Assembly (NCBI GenBank): GCA_002787405.1
Contig: PCWQ01000007.1
Coordinates: 166,250 to 230,249 of the forward strand
Source: Candidatus Komeilibacteria bacterium CG11_big_fil_rev_8_21_14_0_20_36_20
Lineage (GTDB): Bacteria; Patescibacteriota; Patescibacteriia; UBA1558; GWA2-36-10
Direction: 5' to 3'
DNA length: 64,000 bases
Part shown: positions 59,901 through 64,000 of the stretch, piece by piece
Layout: every line of letters begins with the position of its first letter
Numbering within the stretch: position 1 is the stretch's first letter
Translations under genes and position numbers: made by a program
Notes under the pieces: model-generated
Told to the model about the DNA's origin: nothing
What the model saw: the letters and a program-made list of their open reading frames with translations, nothing else
Databases searched by the model: none

Positions 59901-61688
59901 TTATCGCTGTAATTTATGAACCTCTTTATTTAATAGATTAATTTTATGAATTAAAACATCTTGTTGGGCAGTGTCCCTACTTAACTCAGCTTGGCGCAAT
60001 TGCTGAATTAATTTTTGTCTCTCTTGACCCAAAAATCTATTTTTTATATTAAAAATAATATTTAGAAAATCAGTCTCCAGCTCGCGATCACTAGAATTGC
60101 TGTAATTACTCTCGCCGGACAATGATAACTTAATCCAATCCGACCTCTCTTCATCATTCAATTCAGGATAATCTATAAAATGAGTTAAATGCTGATGCTT
60201 AGTATAATAAATTATAACCTTACTGTAAAGGGGCTGCAAGCTAGGAGAAATTATTTCTGGCTCAATTTCAGCAATGGCTTTGATTAAATAAACTGGCGAA
60301 TAAAAAATAAGGGCTAATAAATGTTCGCTAGCCAAACACAGAGGATCCTTCTTTTCTTCGGTGGTTTTAATGAATTCAGATTCTCGGTTATCTAAAAACG
60401 ATTTTGCCCCTATCAAGTCCTGTTGTAAAATCTCCAAAGGAAGTTGTAATTTGTCAGCCAATAATTTCAAATAATGCGCTTGCTCTACCTTGCTTTTTAA
60501 AAATTTGATAATGGGCAATAATTTTCTGACCGCAATTTTCTTATGGTCAGAGCGTGATAGGTCTACCCCAAACATAATTCGACGAAAATAATAATCCATG
60601 ACCGGAATTGAATTTTTAATGGCCTCTCGCCAACTTGGCTGGTCTTCTTTAATTATATCAGCCGGATCTTTACCTTTGGGTAAAACTAAAATCTTTAAAT
60701 TTAAATCTTCTTTCCAACCAAGAGCAATACTTCTAAAAACAGCCTGGGAACCAGCTGCATCGCCGTCAAAGGCCAAAATGACATTTTCAGTATATCGCTT
60801 AATCAATTTAACGTGCTGACTGGTTAAAGCTGTTCCGGAAACAGCCACCACATTTTTGGTGCCAGCTTGAAAAGCGGCGATAGCGTCCATGTTGCCTTCC
60901 ACAATAATCAAATATTTTTTCTGCCGAATGGCTGTTCTAGCTAAATGCCAGCCATAAAGAACTTTGCTCTTATCATAAATAACCGTCTGCGGACTATTGA
61001 TATACTTACCGCCAAAATCCTCCTCGTCATAAGCAATGCCGGTCAGAGTGCGGGAAGTAAAAGCCACTATTCGCCCCTGTAAATCACCAATAGGGAACAT
61101 CAGTCGCTTACGAAAACGATCAATATAACCGGAACCCTCCTTCTTTTTCAAAATTAAACCGGCCTGAAAAATTTCTTCATCTTTAAACCCTTGCTTAAGT
61201 AAATAATGATACAACTCGTCCCAACCCTCTCCGGAAAGACCAAGCTGCCAAATATTAATGCTCTCGGCAATAATTTTTCTCTTACTTAAATAATCAAAAA
61301 CTTTGCGAGTCACTTCATTCTTTTGCTGCAACTTGTTTTGATAAAACTGAACAGCCGCTTTATTAACTTCATACAAACGGCTGTAATCTTCCCTGGGTGA
61401 AGATTGATAACCACTCAAAGTAACATTAGCTTTTGAAGCCAGCAATCTCAAAGTTTCCGCAAAACTGATACCCTCATGCTCTTGTACAAAACTAATTAAA
61501 TCCCCTCCCTTACTGCAACCAAAACAATGCCAAATCTGCTTTTCCCGAGAAACCATAAAGCTGGGTGTTTTTTCATTATGAAAAGGGCAGCGAGCTTTAA
61601 AATTTCCCCCTGTTTGTTTTAACGGCAGATAACCAGAAATAACATCCACGATATCTAATTTACTTTTGATTTCCTCAATGTTATCCAT
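59901..61688 (-). CDS. dnaG: DNA primase
   Basis: CPFH...CFGC Zn finger, KYINSP, EGNMD, DGDAAG, KDP. Confidence 0.98.
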   Translation of the reverse strand: MDNIEEIKSKLDIVDVISGYLPLKQTGGNFKARCPFHNEKTPSFMVSREKQIWHCFGCSKGGDLISFVQEHEGISFAETLRLLASKANVTLSGYQSSPREDYSRLYEVNKAAVQFYQNKLQQKNEVTRKVFDYLSKRKIIAESINIWQLGLSGEGWDELYHYLLKQGFKDEEIFQAGLILKKKEGSGYIDRFRKRLMFPIGDLQGRIVAFTSRTLTGIAYDEEDFGGKYINSPQTVIYDKSKVLYGWHLARTAIRQKKYLIIVEGNMDAIAAFQAGTKNVVAVSGTALTSQHVKLIKRYTENVILAFDGDAAGSQAVFRSIALGWKEDLNLKILVLPKGKDPADIIKEDQPSWREAIKNSIPVMDYYFRRIMFGVDLSRSDHKKIAVRKLLPIIKFLKSKVEQAHYLKLLADKLQLPLEILQQDLIGAKSFLDNRESEFIKTTEEKKDPLCLASEHLLALIFYSPVYLIKAIAEIEPEIISPSLQPLYSKVIIYYTKHQHLTHFIDYPELNDEERSDWIKLSLSGESNYSNSSDRELETDFLNIIFNIKNRFLGQERQKLIQQLRQAELSRDTAQQDVLIHKINLLNKEVHKLQR

Positions 61689-61721
61689 GTAGATATCTTA
61701 AGTTAAATTTGCTTATTAGTC

Positions 61722-61789
61722 AAAAAGAAAAACCCCGCTAGTTTTTCTCTAAATAACATTGCTGTTATAAGATTAAACTTACGCGGGGT
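61722..61789 (-). terminator. Long GCAA-capped hairpin terminator
   Basis: ACCCCGC...ATAACA-GCAA-TGTTAT...GCGGGGT followed by TTTTCTTTTT. Confidence 0.7.
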
Positions 61790-62087
61790 ATAGATTGTGG
61801 TTGTTGTCAACAACCTAAATTAGATGAGCTATTTAGAGAGGCCCGGGTTGAGATAGGAATTTCCTTTTTTCGTGGGAAAGCACTACCCGTAAATTAAACC
61901 CTGCGGGAAGGATTGTTGTTCTATGCGCATAGAACAACCCTGATTGTTAAGCACAATCAAACTGTTATTAAGTATCCGCACTCAATCCTCTGATTTTCGC
62001 TATGCCGATTCGCTACTCATAAGAAAAGATTCTACCCGTTACCTTCGGACTCTAAATAGCTCAAAATTTTATTATAAAGATCAACGT
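61722..62087 (-). ncRNA. Candidate structured non-coding RNA of unknown family
   Basis: Own promoter, perfect 14-bp closing stem (61825-61838/62050-62063), several internal hairpins, terminator, no ORF; ends approximate. Confidence 0.65.
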
Positions 62088-62093
62088 TTACAC

Positions 62094-62122
62094 ATCTTAT
62101 TATACTTTTAAAATTCTGTCAA
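62094..62122 (-). promoter_or_regulatory. Sigma70 promoter of the candidate ncRNA
   Basis: TTGACA-17-TAAGAT. Confidence 0.75.
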
Positions 62123-62133
62123 TAGAATAAAAA

Positions 62134-62604
62134 TTAGCTAATATTAGCTAATTTTCTTTCATGCTCTATTAACCACTTTTTTCTCCACAGGCCACCAGCA
62201 TAACCAATTAACTGACCATTACTACCAATAACCCGATGGCAAGGGATAATAATGGGCAGTTTATTTTTATTTACTGCTTGACCAACTGCCCGACCGGCCT
62301 TGAATTGGCCAATGGCTGTAGCTAAATCCTGATAAGCCATGATACTACTATAAGGCACTCTTAATAAGTTCTGCCAGACTTTTTGCTGAAAGTTTGTGCC
62401 TTGAATTTGAAAATTAATATTAAACTTCTGACGCCGGCCTTGAAAATACTCCGTCAATTGCTGGCAACATTTTTTAAGTAAAGAATTAACTCTGACCGCC
62501 GCCTTCTTCTGCTTAACAAAATTAATAGCTATAATATTTTTATCTATAGCTATAATTTCCAACCAACCAATTGGTGATTGGTAATATATTTTGTAATTTG
62601 GCAT
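62134..62604 (-). CDS. ogt: Methylated-DNA--protein-cysteine methyltransferase
   Basis: GTNFQQKVW, RAVG, IPCHRV, GYAGG. Confidence 0.97.
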   Translation of the reverse strand: MPNYKIYYQSPIGWLEIIAIDKNIIAINFVKQKKAAVRVNSLLKKCCQQLTEYFQGRRQKFNINFQIQGTNFQQKVWQNLLRVPYSSIMAYQDLATAIGQFKAGRAVGQAVNKNKLPIIIPCHRVIGSNGQLIGYAGGLWRKKWLIEHERKLANIS

Positions 62605-62608
62605 TGGC

Positions 62609-62782
62609 TTATAAAAATCCCAACAATTTATAAACCAAAATGGCTGGCCAGACTATGGCTTTTAAGACGCCTAAAACTCCCACCCAAAAACTATCAGCGT
62701 GCTGAATGTAGTAAACTACTGCCCCAATAAAACCAAAGCCATAAACTGCTCCTCCGGTAGCGTTATTGCACTTTTTACTCAT
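62609..62782 (-). CDS. Small membrane protein
   Basis: GAVYGFGFIGAVVYY...LKAIVWPA; likely start ATG 62782. Confidence 0.75.
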   Translation of the reverse strand: MSKKCNNATGGAVYGFGFIGAVVYYIQHADSFWVGVLGVLKAIVWPAILVYKLLGFL

Positions 62783-62796
62783 CTGTTTTGTTTTAA

Positions 62797-63999
62797 TTAA
62801 ATTATATTCCAACTATGTAGTTTATCCCTTTCTTCAAACCAACGATCTCCAATATCTTTACGATAATACATGTTAGGAATTAAAATATTTTGTATTCTGG
62901 AATAGACCTGCTTCTGCGCCTCACTCATTGTCAGTCCTGTCCCTACTATAATTAAAGCCACTCCAGCTGAACCGGTGACCACCCATTCTCCATGAAGTAT
63001 TTTTACATCTTCAATATGCACTCCCTCCAAATTATTCAATGTTTTAAAGACAATGGTCGCCCCTTTTGAATAAGAATTAAATGTCTTTTTATCACGGAAC
63101 GGATAAGGTGGAACAACGATTCGCACCCCTACTTGAAATCCTTTTTTCACTCTCAAAGGAGAATCCATGCCATTAGCTAAAGCATAAAAAAATTCGCTAA
63201 TTGGAGTAATCATGCCGTCTTTCTGCACACTGATAGTCGGATAACCAAAACGAGCGGTAAATTCCAAAGGGTAAATTCCTTGCCCATTAACAATACAATT
63301 AATATCAATGTAGCCGACATATTTCTCTCTAGCTAAAGTGGACTCCATTTTCTGCAGAGTCTCATTAAATAATTTATTTGGCCCTGACCAAAACATACTC
63401 GTCCCCATTTCACCAGTGGCCGGACCAAGATTGCCAGGAAATAATTTTTTATGCTCAAAATTAATATTAATAGGATAAATAAAATTATGCCCATTAAAAA
63501 AAGCACCGACCGCTACTTCTACACCATTAACTCTTTTTTGTAGTTGAAAAACTTTGACTTCATCACTCCAGACTCTTTTATAAGAAGTGAGTACTCTAAT
63601 AACATCACTGCCATCTTTTTCCATACCCACAAATAAAAGCCGCTTGATGTTTTGAGCTTCGCCGCTCGGCTTAATAACATATTCGTCTGGATGCTCCCTA
63701 ACAAAAGCAATCGCTTTGTCAAAGTCAGAAAATTCCCAAAAAGGAATTATTTTTACACCATGAGTTTTTAGTTCATATTGTCCAAAAGAACGATCGTCTT
63801 CTAAACGGTCCGTGTAAGGAGTCCCCCCAATAACTTTTTTCCCTTGTTGGCGCAATTGATGAGCAATTGTGCCCTGACCTAAAACATCATCAAAAACAAT
63901 GACATCCGCCCAATCAACTTCTTGACGCCAGTCTTTCGTTTTAGAAATAAAACCATTAGCAATATCATCTTCGTTTTTGTCTTCTATACAAAATTTAAC
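62797..63999 (-). CDS. purD: Phosphoribosylamine--glycine ligase-like ATP-grasp protein (5' end off window)
   Basis: LEDDRSFG, VIKP, EHKKL..GNLGPATGEMG, LEFTARFG; frame stays open to the window edge. Confidence 0.8.
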   Translation of the reverse strand, partial: VKFCIEDKNEDDIANGFISKTKDWRQEVDWADVIVFDDVLGQGTIAHQLRQQGKKVIGGTPYTDRLEDDRSFGQYELKTHGVKIIPFWEFSDFDKAIAFVREHPDEYVIKPSGEAQNIKRLLFVGMEKDGSDVIRVLTSYKRVWSDEVKVFQLQKRVNGVEVAVGAFFNGHNFIYPININFEHKKLFPGNLGPATGEMGTSMFWSGPNKLFNETLQKMESTLAREKYVGYIDINCIVNGQGIYPLEFTARFGYPTISVQKDGMITPISEFFYALANGMDSPLRVKKGFQVGVRIVVPPYPFRDKKTFNSYSKGATIVFKTLNNLEGVHIEDVKILHGEWVVTGSAGVALIIVGTGLTMSEAQKQVYSRIQNILIPNMYYRKDIGDRWFEERDKLHSWNII

Positions 64000-64000
64000 T

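Noticed and set aside
61915-61938. Palindrome as a parS site
   Set aside because: It shares TGTTC/GAACA ends with parS, but is 4 bp longer and lacks the CACGTG core; it fits better as a hairpin of the candidate RNA
61722-62087. RNase P RNA, tmRNA, SRP RNA or T-box
   Set aside because: No GAGGAAAGTCC in the proper position, no tRNA-like ends, no SRP GGAA domain, no T-box GGTGGNACC motif

Overview
AT-rich bacterial chromosome segment using the standard genetic code (TGA terminates several intact genes). The gene set and protein families suggest a Patescibacteria/CPR genome; this is an inference. Core content: partial UvrD/PcrA helicase, a complete F1Fo ATP synthase operon ending in a beta-carbonic-anhydrase-like gene, rmuC, tatD, metG, rsmI, glyS, a membrane-anchored Clp-family ATPase, tgt, recO, ileS, dprA, folC, topA, rel, parAB, xth, a tRNA cluster, rpoD-dnaG, ogt and a partial purD-like gene. 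Three things are not explained by ordinary annotation. (1) About nine stand-alone orphan units share the layout sigma70 promoter, boxA-like leader, strong Shine-Dalgarno, ORF and terminator, whereas most core genes have no SD. (2) A roughly 360-nt ORF-less, highly structured transcript with the same promoter/boxA/terminator layout lies upstream of dnaG-rpoD. (3) Several families of short palindromic elements pair with tRNA CCA ends next to a GIY-YIG nuclease gene, nest in each other, insert in-frame into tatD and recO, and interrupt a tRNA-Pro gene. Several accessory genes carry single frameshift or nonsense lesions. All structures and motifs were read by eye; no searches or folding programs were run.
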